Source: Octopus sinensis (taxonomy: Eukaryota). From it: 64,000 nt of DNA. Location: NCBI RefSeq assembly GCF_006345805.1, contig NC_042997.1:163060001-163124000 (forward strand), read 5' to 3'. The notes below the pieces were generated by a model that was given only the letters and a program-made list of their open reading frames with translations, had not been told where the DNA came from and made no database searches. The position numbers were made by a program, and so were the translations under genes. Position 1 is the first letter of the stretch. Each line of letters opens with the position of its first letter. Shown here piece after piece: positions 13,702 through 27,659 of this stretch.

Positions 13702-14845
13702 TATTGGGTTGCCAGATAAATTTGTTTTTTAGTCCAATGTTATTTGAATTAACATGTAAAATATTTTTTACATAGTGTTTTATGTTGTTGTAGTTATGGT
13801 TTTTTTTTTTTTTGCAGCTCTGTTCTTTCTCTACAACTTTTACTTATTGTTTTCAAAATTTAAATAAATTTACCTCTTTTCAGGCATATGATGAGGGAGT
13901 GCCAATTAGAAAAGCATTTTTGGCACCTGCTTCTCTTTGCTTTCAATCAAGGTTCAAAGCTGCCCAAAGTCATTCAAAGACATTTGTGCTGTGTACAAAG
14001 TTGCTACCATTACCAAAAGAGCTACACAGAAATTTTTTTTTCCATGCTTCAAGGCGGGGAAATTCAACTTCACAGGGTCTCTGCATTCCAGCCAATCTGT
14101 TCAATTCAATGAGACTTAGTTGAACAAGTTCTTCCATGAGGACCTGTGCCAATCTGTCAGGAAACTGGCCTAAGAGATGGAATACTTTTATGAGGCCATG
14201 ACCTGTCATCTTCATTTAATGAGAAAGGTCCATGGGTGTCGCACACTCTGAATATAAGAGAAACTCTAGCACTGCTAGTATACTTGCTTGACACCAGGGT
14301 ACTTATAGACACAAACAGATTTCTTTACCGCATCACTCTCGGAGTAGTTGGCGTTAGGAAGAGCATCCAGCTGTAGAAATTCTGCCAAATCAGATTGGAT
14401 CCTGGCGCAGCCATCTGGTTCGCCAGTCCTCAGTCAAATCATCCAACCCATGCTAGCATGGAAAGTGGACATTAAACGATGATGATGATCATCATCATCA
14501 TCAACAACAGCAATGAAAAATGGTGTCTTTAAATCAATACAAAGCAGAGGAATGGTTATCCAAGTCCTGAGAGGTAAGTGACACTGCAAGCCCAGCCAGA
14601 GTTACATCCATGCAAAACAATGATCTGTGTTTGGTTGTATTGGGATGGGCTAATCCATTACAAAATGCTTGAAAACACCCACAGTCAGTGCAGAGCTTTA
14701 CATTCAGCAAATGCACTGGCTCAACACAATAATCCACCTCTAATGACCCGACATACTTCAACATAATGCTCGCCCATGTATCGCTTATTTGGCAAAGAAT
14801 GCTATTCAAGAGTTCAGTCGGGAAGTTCTGCCACACCCACTATAT
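13702..14845 (+). mobile_element. Older mariner remnant interrupted by a SINE (about 14332-14500)
   Basis: Fragments HFWHLLLFAFNQG, NEKW (from TGDEKW), ELHPCKTMICVW..WDGLIHY and EVLPHPLY. The SINE is inserted at a CATCA run just before the first catalytic motif. Confidence 0.85.
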
Positions 14846-17217
14846 TGTCTCTCTCACACACACCCACATATATAATTATTATTATGAGGCTTCAATTAAA
14901 AGTTGCTTACACAGTAATTTTAACATTTTCTAATATAAAATGCATTTAATTTGATATTAAACTCAATGATACTTAAAAATTCAGAATTAAAATTACACCT
15001 AAAACTAAAAATATTTTTTTTTTAAATTAATAACAAGGTATTTTTAAATCAATTCTTCCATAGTCTTATATTTATAGAAGTTATTCTGTTTTTCTTGATT
15101 TCTATATATTTATTTCTATGTCATAAATAAACAAATATTTTTTAATCTTATACATAAAACTGTAGTATATATGAATATATTATATATATAAAATACTATT
15201 GTATATAAAGAAATATAGAAATGCTATTATATATAAAGAAATATATATAAAAGATACTATTATATATAAAGAGATATAAAAATATATATATATACTAAAT
15301 CCTATGAAAATATTTTAAGTAACAAAGAGCAAAATGAAAATATTGTTCACAAAAGCTAAGAAATAAAACCAGACACAATTACCATGGTTGACAACCACTT
15401 AAATAGTGTGAGAAAAAAGAACAGAAATAGTAACAGAATACAGCAAAGCCAAAGGTGGAGTCAAATGTAAAAGCACATGTATCTACATGTGTTTTCCAGG
15501 GACTATTATTATACTCTAGTTGAATAACTACAATGCATAAAACTGAAATGAAACCTACCATGAAACTTTTTTTTTTTACTTTCAATAAGACACCATAACT
15601 ACAAAAACATTTTTCAAAGTATATTTGATCAGTCAGTTAAAAAAAAAAATGAATATCAATGCAAAGATATTTAGCATTTAAAACAGCCATATTAGGCTCA
15701 AATATTCTACCTGTTCTATGTTTGAACTGGCCAGATCCAGCCTATCACCCCTACCCAACAAAGTCATTTTAGAAATATACAATCACATCATTGAACCCTT
15801 AAAGCTGCAAGACAGTGCATGATTAATTCAAAGCAATGTGAATAAATAAATAAATAAGCATTACATTTGACAGAATAATATGAATGTTAAAAGGCTAATT
15901 TACTATTTTCTTTAATCTTAGTTTGTAATTGAAGCACTCACTCTCACTCTCTCTCTAAGGATACAGATGGAATATTAGCAAGTAGGATTAGGCTGGCTGT
16001 AAATTAGGTCTGCATCTCATTTCATAACACCCACTAAAATTACACTACATAAGCATGTGCCATCTCTTACATGATCACTTGGCATGCTAGAAATAGCAAC
16101 CAAATATCCCTAAAAATCACACCCAACCACCTATAAAATGAAGATGAAAATACATTATATATCAGAATGGAAGGGATAATCACTACTAGAACACTTTTGA
16201 TCAGCAGTCAGCTCAATCATAGTTGACCAAAGCCGAAACAAGAACAAAAACATAAGCAAAATGAAACATTCAGAGAGTGTTAAATAATATCCTCAAATAC
16301 CAATGAATCTTCACAAATACTCAGTTATAGGTATCTTATGGTGTGGATAAGACATGTGCTTTGCAATTCCATGGTTTGGGGTTCAAACTCACTGCATAGT
16401 AGTAGAATCTTGGGCAAATGTCTTCTGCCAAAACCTCAAGCTGACCAATAACTTGTGAGTGAAATCTGGTAGATGGAAACCGAAGAAATCAGAGGTAGTT
16501 CTTTATTTTGGGAGATGGTCTTAATCCGTCACCTAGTTAAACACTGCCATCTTGAGTACTTCTAGCAAATCCATTTTATAGGAAGCATTCAGGCCAAGTC
16601 CCTGGTCTGAGCATAACATCCTTTTGCCAATCATAAGTGCCTCAAAAAGGGTCATAGCAGGATGGGCAGTAGCCAAGCCATGAAAATAAGTCCACATTAA
16701 TTGTAAATCAAAACACTTGAAATATACCCATGACATGTAATTTTATTTGGAAATAATCAAATCTATCCAAATATCAAAATAGAAAAAACAAAATCCAGAA
16801 CATATTTCTTTATGTGTGGGCAGGGACAGGACACAAATCTTTGAGCTTAAGTTCACCAAACAATGACAAATAGATCACCAATCCTACATAGACGAGTATC
16901 TTAAAATAATCACATCTATTTATAAAGCTACTAAATACAATAGTTAAGCACTGGTTTTAAGAACACATAGCCTCATCATTATTATTTAACATCTGTTTTC
17001 CATGCTGGCATGGGTTGGATGGTTTGTCAGGAGCTGGCAAGCCAGAGAGCTGCATGCATCAAGCTCCAGTCATCTGTTTTGGCAAGTGAAATGGAGTGTT
17101 TTGCTTAAGAACAAATCACATCACCCAGTTCAGGAACCAAAACCATAATCTTATGATCATGCATCCAACACACTAACCACTAAGCCATGTGCCTCCATGA
17201 AGTTAAGATATAGATGT

Positions 17218-17517
17218 TTGTTCCTTCTCAAGCCACGCCTGGCTCATAAGGGTTGGTTTCCCGGTTTCCTTGGCATATAGGTTCCCCACCTGGACAATAC
17301 GCCGATCCGTCGCAGATGAGCTGCTAGATGCAGGAGGAAAGAGTGAGAGAAAGTTGTGGCGAAAGAGTCAGCAGAAGTTCGCCATTACCTTCTGCTGGAG
17401 CCGCGTGGAACTTAAGTGTTTCGCTCATAAAAACACACATCGTCCAGTCTGAGATTTGAACCTGCGATCCCTCGACCGCGAATCCACTGCTCTAACCACT
17501 AGGTCATGTGCCTCCAC
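17218..17517 (-). mobile_element. Second tRNA-derived SINE family, with an apparent TSD (ATATAGATG)
   Basis: Head GTGGAGGCACATGACCTAGTGGTTAGAGC...GGTTCAAATCTC. ATATAGATG is repeated on both flanks. An older head of the same type lies at about 17090-17197. Confidence 0.8.
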
Positions 17518-19304
17518 GATATATAGATGACTATATTCAGATTTATTCATGTAATGTTTCTTGGTTGTTTTTGCTTTTTCATTCTATTGAAAGCTATTAT
17601 GGAGAGGTGGGAAGGGTTACTTCAGCACAGATATGTGCAAAATTTGCCTTTGAAGTGTTCATACCATCACTTCAGTTAACTTGACATTGTATAGTCTGCA
17701 GTGTTAACTGAAACTAAAAACCAAAAAGAACAAATGACAATTGAGAATACATTTTTATTATTTTCTCTTTTTTTTTTTAATTTTTTGTTAGATGTAAATG
17801 ACCTGTAGAAAACCAGTGTCAAAATACAAGCAACATCAATAACAAATATGATCGAACTAATACTAAGTTAATGCATTAATAATTCATAACATTAATGATC
17901 AGAATAATATTAACCAAAACTGTTTCAGTGTTACAAATGAATGAATAGACATGCTCAATTATTTTTACTTTTATAAGTTCAATAATTCCTTAACAGATCA
18001 ATTGATATTAAAGTTAAGATATTTGTATAGATTTTACAACTATTTCAAAGAGACATTGTGCATATTCTAAGCTTCAAGCAATCTGCAATCAATAATACAT
18101 TTGACATTTGAAAGAACATGCAACCATAGAATCTTTCACTTCAGTTTTACTTCAAGTGTATTTAATACAACATACCCCATTAGGAGTCTGAGCTATGTTA
18201 GCAGCTCAGACTCCTAGTTTAAAGAACCATCTAGAAGCAGATGCTGGTGGTGATTGACCATTGTTTATGTTTAATAATGCTCCACAATGAGTATCTAGTT
18301 TCTTTCGATCCTACATCTGCAAATTTTCAGACCCATATAGTTTAAAAACAGCTCTTGAAGAGATCAGTGGGTCTACTATATATGCATATAATATTTGTAA
18401 CAAACAATACAGTTTGAATCCTAAAGCATCACCAAATAATATAGCAGACTTTATCACTAGATGGGAAGTGGAAAATAAGAAGGGCAAAGAAGAGGTTAGG
18501 ACTCTTCTATAACATCCAATATTTCAGAGGCTAATACAATAATTTGTTTAGCAAAATAGTATGAACATTACAAAATAACAAGAAAGTCAAATGAGATAAG
18601 TGATCAATAGATCAATAAAACCAAACTAAAGCACGAAAAATTCTATCAGCAAAACAACTTTAAAGTATCAACAGAATATTAAATTTAAATACAAGTTGGA
18701 ATGGCATTCACTCTAGTGATCATTACCACAGCCTGGTGACATTATATTGAATATCAATAAATCCTATACGTTTGAGAGGTCATAAATGAAATATATTCTA
18801 AGAAAATATCCAACTTCAAAAACCAATTATGCTTTCTCCATGTGTAAGTTTCAGAATTAGATGACCTTAAGTTTCTTCCATTTACCATTTGTGAAACTTC
18901 AGGAAAAAAGGGAAAAAAAAAGAAAACATGTTTATTATTTATAATAATTATTTCTAATTTAATTGGAATCAGATACACTACTGGAAACTCCAGCATAAAA
19001 TATATTCAACTAGCTCTTTTTCACATTACCAATGGTTGTCTCAATATATATTGATTTGCACACGTACACCACAAAATTCAATAGGTTCCCAGTATTTTCA
19101 TAGGTTCAAATCTCACTAACTTTGCCCCTTCCAACAACAAAACTATTTTAAACGTATTTAAAACACTCACATGTTCACGTTTGGCTAAAAGAGAGAAACA
19201 ACAGTATTAATGATATGCAAACGGTACATTAGACTTATGAATTATGTCAGCCCTCTCCTGTGCCCCCAATTCCTCTCTAATAGAGATTAGAGCAGTAAGA
19301 GGTC

Positions 19305-19475
19305 GTTAAGTCTGCTAGAAATAGCAGTCAAATCTTCCACAAAGTACACTCAACCGTCTCAAAATAAAAAGAGGTTCACACTGGACAAATGAAGTTCTAG
19401 ATATACAAAGAGACGGCTGGAACGTGCTTTATCATAGGTCTGCCTGATCAGGGCAGATGCGGAACAAAAAACAAG
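19305..19475 (+). repeat. Old interspersed repeat (GCTAGAAATAGCAGCCAAATCT...(AAC)n tail), probably a LINE 3' end or SINE
   Basis: Diverged copies near 5790, 16085, 22295, 22600, 25900, 31830, 41405, 44820 and 59010, and inverted copies near 24520 and 57450. Confidence 0.65.
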
Positions 19476-21015
19476 AGTACTGCTAACATACTAAGCTGAA
19501 ACAAAATACAAATTAATTAATTCTTGAAATTTTATCAGCTCAGTTGAGCAGAACCGCAGCTTTGATGAACATGAGGTATTTTAGAGGTTAGGGTATTGAA
19601 ACCTTAGCTATAAATTTCAGTTTATGAGAAAAACAAATGAATAAGGGGGGCGGCCTATAGATACGTATGTGAGTGTGTTAGAACAAACAAGATAAATCGA
19701 ACCCAATACATGACCATACTCTATAGAGAGAAGGTTACGAAAGTGGTTCAAGAGCCGGCATTCTTTCAATATAACTCGACAAAATCAAACCATATCACTT
19801 CGAGTATTTTCGTGAAAGCAAATGACATTTCGATTCTGTTTTCTACTTGGAAATTTGCGAATTTTACATACACACATGAAACAGGTAAGAACAAATATGC
19901 AAGGCTTTTTTTTCTTCAAGTTTAAAATGAGACATTGCAGGTATAATTTTGTTATATCTATGCTCCGCAAACCACGGAAATACTAGGAGTGAAATGTTTT
20001 GATTTTGTCGAGTTATATCGAAAGAATGCCCAAGAGCCAAAGGTTTCGTACGCAGCCCTAATGTGCGCGCGCGTGAAAAAAAATTACATCAGTAATTTGA
20101 AATTTGGAAATGTTCATTTAATTTTAAGATTTCAAGAAGTGAAAGCCAAACAGAAAACATCCCAAACAATTTAGGTCTTTAGCGCCCTGCGAAATACCTG
20201 GCCAAAATAACAATGAAATATTTCTTTAAAAATATATATCAAAGTGCACTGCCAAACGAATAAAAAGAAATAGACGAATTTAAAGATTAAATATTTTGCA
20301 GGTCAAAGTGATTCAGCAAAAATATAGTTAAAAGTCGAAACGTCACGTCTAAATATTTAAGAGGCACACAATTCAGGAAACATTTTTCTGATTGCCAGGA
20401 GTAATATGTTATAAACTATCCCATTTGAGACAGAACGAAAGTACATCATTTCGAAAGAAATATGCTAAGAGAATTTGAAGTATTTTATTCTTTTAGCAGT
20501 CCCGTGTTACACTCCTTGAAACTAAAGAGGGCTTGTCGTTGTCATTGTAGAGAAAGAGAGAGAGGTGAGGAGACGTAATAAAGTGCTTGTATCCCACTCA
20601 ATTAACTCGAGGAATTACAAAGATTAAAAACCGGCGAGTGAGCTTACATACATGCATTACACACACAAAATAAGCCAGATACAAATTAATATCTAGTTCT
20701 AAACAGACTCATGGATGGGCTGTATCTCAGACAAACAATGTTAGCGTACACGCGCTTCTGTGTCTGTCTGTCTGAGAGTGAGAGAGATGGAGGGAAGGAG
20801 CGTCCCAGTCCCTTTTCGCAGATTATTACAGACGTCGGTTCTACTTGAGTGCATTACATTCGTCATTTACGGAGGTAAACCAAATTGGAAGGGGGAGGAG
20901 ACGATCACTAATGACTAAAAACATTAATTACGAAAAATTAAATTCGGAACCAAGATGAGGCAAAAAAAAAAAAAAAACAGTCACATTATATAAGAAATTT
21001 TAAAATGATATTTAC

Positions 21016-21093
21016 CTGGGGTGGATTAGATACAACTCGTGGCCTTTTTCGTTTCGAACCACAAATGAATAAATCCATAAATACAGTCTTCAT
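21016..21093 (-). CDS. First coding exon of an unidentified minus-strand gene (MKTVFMDLFICGSKRKRPRVVSNPPQ, phase-0 donor)
   Basis: The minus strand reads tccaacATG (good invertebrate Kozak context), then 26 open codons ending CAG|gtaaat. It lies just downstream of the main CpG-enriched region. It splices in frame to the exon at 5120-5205. KRKRP is NLS-like. The protein family is not recognised. Confidence 0.6.
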
Positions 21094-21373
21094 GTTGGAT
21101 ATCAAAAGTTCTGTGGGTCCAGTGTAAAAATAAAGGTACTCTCTATACTAATTTTGAACCAATAGCTTTAATATTGGTAAGGTGTTAAATAAACAGTTGT
21201 GTAGTGTCTTGATAAAGTCCAGCACTCCCCCGTGAATTACAAAAGTTCTGATTTACATAGGTTGTATAAGTAAATCTATCTCTATTTAACGAAACAACAG
21301 CAGCAGCGACCTGGGATTTGTGGTGGGTGACTGGTGTTTGGTTAGTCAAGACGGCGAGTTTTCCATTATTTAC

Positions 21374-21900
21374 CTTGCACATTTACATATAAAAGTGTAA
21401 CACTTCAATGGGACACCCCATCTTACCACCTGCCAACAAAGCCGACCAACGTCTGTTAAGCCGTTAGGTAATTTGAAATAACAAAAGACATATGTATAAA
21501 AAGAAGACAAACAAAAAAATAGATCAAGAAGAAAACGGTGCTTCCCCTTCAAATTTATATGTAAAATATTTCCAGATAAAAAAATAAAAATAAGCAGGGA
21601 TTGGTCGGTGATCAGTGCGACCTACATTTAGTTGAAAATAAAATAGTAGGCGGGGTGGATTATATTATCTCTCTCTTACTCACTCATTGACACAGATACG
21701 ACTAGAAGAGGTGTCGTCAAGATTTATTAGCGAACCTGAAGTCTATATGTCTGTATGACATCAGTGAGGGATATCCTGACTTTGAAAGAACTAACTAGTT
21801 AGGCTTTGAAAATTTACTACAACTGCAAAAGGCAGGCGCGAAAAAAAGTCAATCAATAAAGCTGTGTACCAAGAGTTGTAGGAAAAGCGGGAAAATTCAA
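21374..21900 (-). promoter_or_regulatory. Probable promoter / 5'UTR exon region of the minus-strand gene
   Basis: Local CpG enrichment (about 19.5-22.3 kb). GC-box-like AGGCGGGGT near 21648 and CRE-like TGACATCA near 21756. E2F consensus sites at 21835-21844 and 21887-21895. TTTGAA at 21781 and 21805. Possible 5'UTR intron at 21111-21373 (AAG|gtaaat ... cccacag|). Confidence 0.5.
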
Positions 21901-24788
21901 CTCAGAATTTAAATGTAATGACTGAATTCCAGTAATAAAAAAAATATATATAATAAAAAAAAAAAAACTAACAGGTTCTTTGTCATTCACACTTCACAAA
22001 ATCCTATTATACTTAATAATCCTCCCATTGACAATTATGCTCGGAGGAAGGACACTCAGGTGAATTGTGTATACTAAATAGGAGGGAAACAAAAACAAAA
22101 GACTATTCAAAAAATATTTTAAAAAACAAAGCACACAACTTGAGATTAAAAAACAAATAAAAAACGAAGAAATTATGGAGTAGATACGTTTAAATTGTAG
22201 TACGTCCGTACTTTCGCTTCTAGGTAAATAATGTCACAATACCCCCAAAACAGACACTGAGCCAACGAAAGACACAAAGCAAGTCGTTCAACTTTGCAGA
22301 AATAGCAACCGAATTGCCCTCAAATCACATCTTACCAACTTAGGAAAGATAAGATGTGACATGTAGGATAATACAGTCTCAGAAACATTATGTTTGAAAA
22401 AAAATTACGATAGCTTTTGATAACTAACCCACTCCATTCAAGGCTGATCTGGGACTTAACACTTCAGACTGAAGTCTAACAAAACAAACACAGCAAGTCT
22501 TTTGCACACATGATTACATAAATGTAATAAAGTCCAACATTCAGCTGAGAAAAAAATAAAGTATGTGATCAGTGTAAAAACCTCTACATGGTCCTTCGAG
22601 CTGTTAGAAATAACAGCCAAACTTCACTCAACTCATGTCCTACAGTCTTGAATCTTTTTTTAATGTATTACATAATTTTAGTCCTACATACTCATGAAAT
22701 GCTGGTCACAGCTCAAGATTGACCTACAGCTTACTGACTGTCAAAAGGCAGTGAAGCATTCTCCAAAAACAGATATAAGTTTTAATCATGCTGGGGTTAC
22801 CTTTGCTTTTTATATTCAATATAGTAAAGTAGGTGGTAAATTGCTTTGTAATGAGAGTGTATGGCTTAGTGTTTAAGGTGTTTCACTCATGATCATGAGA
22901 CTGTGGCTTCCATTCCCAGGCCTTCATGGTGCTCTGCAATCAGTTCAACATCTGACATATGGCACATCATGCACCTTTACAGGTAATGTCAATTTAATGA
23001 AGGTTGTGAGCTAATCACTAGAAATGAATAACCCGTGCAGGTTGTTCAGCAAAATATTGTGGAATGCTCATCTATAGTCTATGACAGCTTAGTCCACAAA
23101 ACTGCTTTCTAGGTGAGAAATTAGCAGAGTTGTTTACTGCATAAGACATGCCTCCTTGCATGTATTCCAGCTCTCTGTACTTAATTCAAATCCTGCCATG
23201 GTCAACTTAGCCTTTTATCCTTTCAAATTCTATAAAGCAAAGTACCTATCTGAGGTACTTCTGAATTCATTCCCAGGCAAGGCACTAAGGTGAATCACAA
23301 GATACCTGAAGAAGGCTAGAGTGTACACAGCTGAAACAGTGAAAACAATCATATGGACACCACTCTGACTAATACATAATATCAGATGAGAGGTCTTGTA
23401 GGATTAACTCCAGCTCTTTGCATTCTGAGCACTAGGGTTGTAGACTTAATTCATGATCTGGTTTCATTCCACCACCCATTACTTCAGAGTTCATTCTATT
23501 ATAAGTATTGGAGGGTTAAGTCCTTTAGCAATTAAACAAGCCATATTCAGCCCAAACATTCTACCTGTTTTATATTGAAAATGGCCAGATCCAGTCTCTT
23601 ACACCTAGCCTACAATGTCATTCTAAAAATAAACAATCACACCTTTAAAATCTTGAAGCTACAAGGTACTACATGATTAATTTTTAAAAACGTAGATAAA
23701 TAAGGATTACATTTGATAAATTAACCTGAATGCTAAAGAGTTAAGGATAACTTTGTTTTTCTACCACCAATTTCAGAGAAGAAAAAATGGATCACAGACA
23801 CTGCCCATCTTTCCCAAACTTTTTTTTCACTGTTTTTGCAGATTCCCATGATTCTCTGTCACCCTCCAATTCCATTATTATGAGGTTGAATTGAGAATTT
23901 GAGTCATAATGAATTTTTCATTAGCTAATTATAAAACTATAGATGCCACTTTTACGGATGTGTTGCAGTTACTCTGTTGATAGAGCTTAGTGATCCTGAC
24001 CCTTGATCTATGACTTCTCCACTCAGCATCAATGTAAGAAGTATAATTGGCTCAGCTGAGTTCTTCTGCTACCTCTTCATAACCCACTATGCTGCAGCTC
24101 TATGACTTCACCATAACCTTGGAAGGATGGCTGAACAGATGTTATACCTTGTCAAAGGGCAGCTCATAACTAACCAGGGCACAAGGTATTTTCAAAATAC
24201 CCACACACTTATTTTCCCTGACTAAACAGGTGGGAAAAATAAAAGAAAAAATATCAGTCAAATACTGATATTAATTAATAACTCTTATACGACATCCTAG
24301 ATATATAAGGAATTATAATAGAAAACAAACTAAGATATAAATCACAAGACAAATTCAAAATCAGCAGGGATGGTTTGTTGCACTGTCATCATGCTTTTTA
24401 CAGATTATTCCAATCAGACAATGACCTCAGTAACGTCATCAAGCTAATCATTTTTGGAACTTATGCATAATCTTTGACCTAGCTATTTTCAGGGAAAAGA
24501 TATAATGTTCTTTCTAACTGTGGTTGTTGTTTAACTCCAAAACAGCCATGATAGAGCAAATCTATGATCAAGGGTATTTCAACAGTGACCATTTGAGCTT
24601 TCGAGTAAACCTGTAATCAAGAACCTCCCCATCCTATCTCTTTTATCTGAGTAAAAGATCCAAAAATCCTCATGGCTTGAGCAGCTTGGACAAGATCTGC
24701 TCTACCAGAGCTGAACTAAGACTAAGCAACTCTTCTTGTATAAAACTATCTTCATATAACTAGTAGTCCAAGATGGTATCCATTACCC

Positions 24789-25017
24789 TTAACCCTTTCA
24801 TTACCAACCCGACTGAAACCGGCTCTGGCTCTGGCGTCCAAATGTCTTGTTTTCATAAGTTTTGAATTAAAATTTTCCACCAAACCGTAGTCACAATTTA
24901 TGTTCCTAACACTAGCTTAATGATAACTAAGTTATTTTACTAAATTCTTTGTTATATTTAAAATAATTGAAAGAAACACAAAGCATCTCGAAATAAATAC
25001 AGTAATGAAAGGGTTAA
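24789..25017. mobile_element. TTAA-flanked MITE (piggyBac-like) with a perfect 16-bp terminal inverted repeat
   Basis: TTAACCCTTTCATTAC ... GTAATGAAAGGGTTAA. Confidence 0.9.
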
Positions 25018-25039
25018 TGAGAATAACAGTTTTTAAAAC

Positions 25040-25268
25040 TTAACCCTTTAGCATTCAGGTTAATTTATCAAATGTAATCCTTATTTATCTATGTTTTTAA
25101 AAATTACTCATGTAGTACCTTGTAGCTTGAAGATTATAAAGGTGTGATTGTTTATTTTTTAGAATGACATTGTAAGCTAGGTGTAAGAGACTGGATCTGG
25201 CCATTTTCAAGATAAAACAAGTAGAATGTTTGGGCCGTATATGGCCTGTTTAAATACTAAAGGGTTAA
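25040..25268 (-). mobile_element. ~230-bp TTAA-flanked MITE family (TTAACCCTTTAGCATT TIR), at least 9 copies in the window
   Basis: Copies at about 7655-7882(-), 15670-15897(+), 23516-23744(+), 25040-25268(-), 30222-30449(+), 42807-43026(+), 45157-45370(+), 45825-46023(-) and 58239-58456(+). All share the internal CCCAAATATTCTACCTGTTTTATGTTCAAACTGGCCAGATC consensus. Confidence 0.9.
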
Positions 25269-26222
25269 AGAAAGCCAACATAAAACTACAAACTTAATAT
25301 CTGCTTTTCGTTCTCTGACATGTATTTAGGCTTTCACTATTTTAAATTAAGACCTTATGAACATGATTGGAGGTGGGGATAGTTGGATGGATGGAAGTAA
25401 AGTGAGAATTTAATAAAAAAATAAATCATTACCAATGAGTAAAACAACTATAACCACATAAAATCTTCAGAAAAGGTTTCCTTGACAGTCGGAACATGAT
25501 TTTAGAATAAAACTATATCAAAATATTCATGCACACATACATACATTTTTATTTACTGAGGTCACTATGTACTATGAAGCATTTTACTAGCCTAGAATAA
25601 TGAGATAGTAAGCTTGTTGACCTTAAATTAGCATTTACATAGAAGAAATGTTGCCTATAGAAGGTTGATAAATCTATCAGCTACAAGCTGATAATTTCAC
25701 ACAGAAATTGTTGTTTTAGCAAGAATCACAAAACTATTAAATCTCAACTCTTATTCTACGTATTCATCAATTCCAAGTAAAAAGAATTCTAAGAATAACA
25801 CTAAAATGTTATTAGGCATAAAGAGAGGACTGTCAGAATAATAAAAAAATGCCAAATGGAACTGATTTAGCTAAAGAGGGTATTTCTATATGGTTGCTTG
25901 ACCTGCAAGAAATAGCAACAAAATTTTTTTCAAACCACACCTTACCATTTTAATGCCAATGTGTTGTTTACATTAACCAACTGAAACATAAGATTAGATA
26001 GCTATGGCTAAAACACATTCTATCACAGGAAGCTTGATTAGTGCTGACCTAAAACCAACCAATAACAACATAAACTGAACTGACCAGCAAGTGTAAAAGA
26101 ATGTGTTAGTATTTGCATAATAAATGGTTTCTAGCAAGTAAATTGGCATGAAAGACTGACTTTTTAATAATATTTTATTCAAAGAAGAATTCTCATTATT
26201 TTATTTAGTAGTTTCTTCAAAT

Positions 26223-26372
26223 GCTTGGCACTAATGAGTTTGGGTAAGTTTAGTAGTATCAAAGAGGCTTAGTACTAATGGATTTGGCTGTGTTTAGGAA
26301 TATCCAAAAGGCTTGGCACTAATGGGTTTGGCTCAGTAAAGAATTATCTGATAGGCTTGGCAGTAATGGGTG
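26223..26372. repeat. 44-bp tandem repeat, about 3.4 units
   Basis: GCTTGGCACTAATGRGTTTGG recurs at 26223, 26267, 26311 and 26355. Confidence 0.85.
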
Positions 26373-27659
26373 TTGTTGAATGTATTCGTGTCTTCAGCAG
26401 GCAGTGTTCCAATATGTTTGCTAAATTTAAATTTGATGTACATGTATGCATTGAAAACAAAACAAACTACAATAGCTACATTTTCAATCTGGATGATTAG
26501 GGAACAAAAAGAAAAAATAGGGTGTTGTAAGTATATGTTACCAGAGAAAGAGCTTCAATTCAATAAATCTGGGTCAACAGTCAAATATATTAACCACTCA
26601 ACTATTGAATTTTTATATAAGAGAAATAAAACAGACATTTGTATGACTAGATATTTTCTTTGTGCCAGCTTGAAACTATTATTGATTACCAGCTAAATAG
26701 AATATTCTCTTACATAGGCATAAAAATTCATTGATATTTACAGGGGGATTATGATATTCAAGTGTTTCATATTGTGACTTAAATCTGACATAAGTAATAT
26801 CAAACAACTCCAAAAATCAGAAACTGAAACCAAATTATCAGAAGCTTAGTTCTATCCAACCCATGTTTCAACTCTTGAAACAGAGTTTACAAGTTCATGC
26901 ATGTTCTTAATTTCCATTTACAAATATATTTCTAACCAGAAACAGAAGAAAAACAAAATACAAAGTCCTGAGAGCAGATTTAAATACTGGCATTGGTTGG
27001 GCAAAGACTTATGAAGACAGTATTCAGTATTTTACAGCCAAATACCCTTCCTGTCCCCAACCCTTATCTGTTTTCCAAGTAAGAGTTTTTTTTTTTTTTT
27101 TATTCCACTGACTCCAGAAGCATAGAGCTACAGGATACAAATATGCAAGGAATATAAATACATCACTGCTCGAGTAGAGTCATACAAAGACTCATAACAA
27201 GTTTTATTTTTGTTTTGCTCTTATTTTCTTTGTTAACTTGATTGGGGTTGTTCATGTGGATTTAAATATTTTCATAGAAACTTATTCTTTTATATGTTTC
27301 AGTCATTAGACCATGTTCAGGCACTGCCTCTAAGGATTTTAATCATTAACATCAACTCAGTACATTTTAAGTCTAATCTTTAGTTTTGCAATTTATATTT
27401 ACCAGATCATATTTTTTTCTTCTTTCAAACTCTGTCAAAGAGAAAGACAGCCATAGAGGCAGACACAAATACACACACACACATATATATACACACACAC
27501 ACTATATGTATGATACCTTACATACAGCTTTTGTTTACTAATTTTACTGAAATGGCACTTGTATGTTTACAGCTACATCAGAAAACACATGTCTACTGTG
27601 CACAGACTGGGACTGAATCCTAGGCCATGTGGTTGCAAAGTGAACTTCTCACTATGCAT

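Noticed and set aside
17440-17517. tRNA gene
   Set aside because: It is the tRNA-like head of a SINE, continuing into a SINE body and flanked by a TSD.
12340-18888. Tiny exon candidates (3 nt at 12340, 6 nt at 18727) and a further ATG|GT end at 18886
   Set aside because: Weak polypyrimidine tracts; these motifs occur often by chance in AT-rich DNA.
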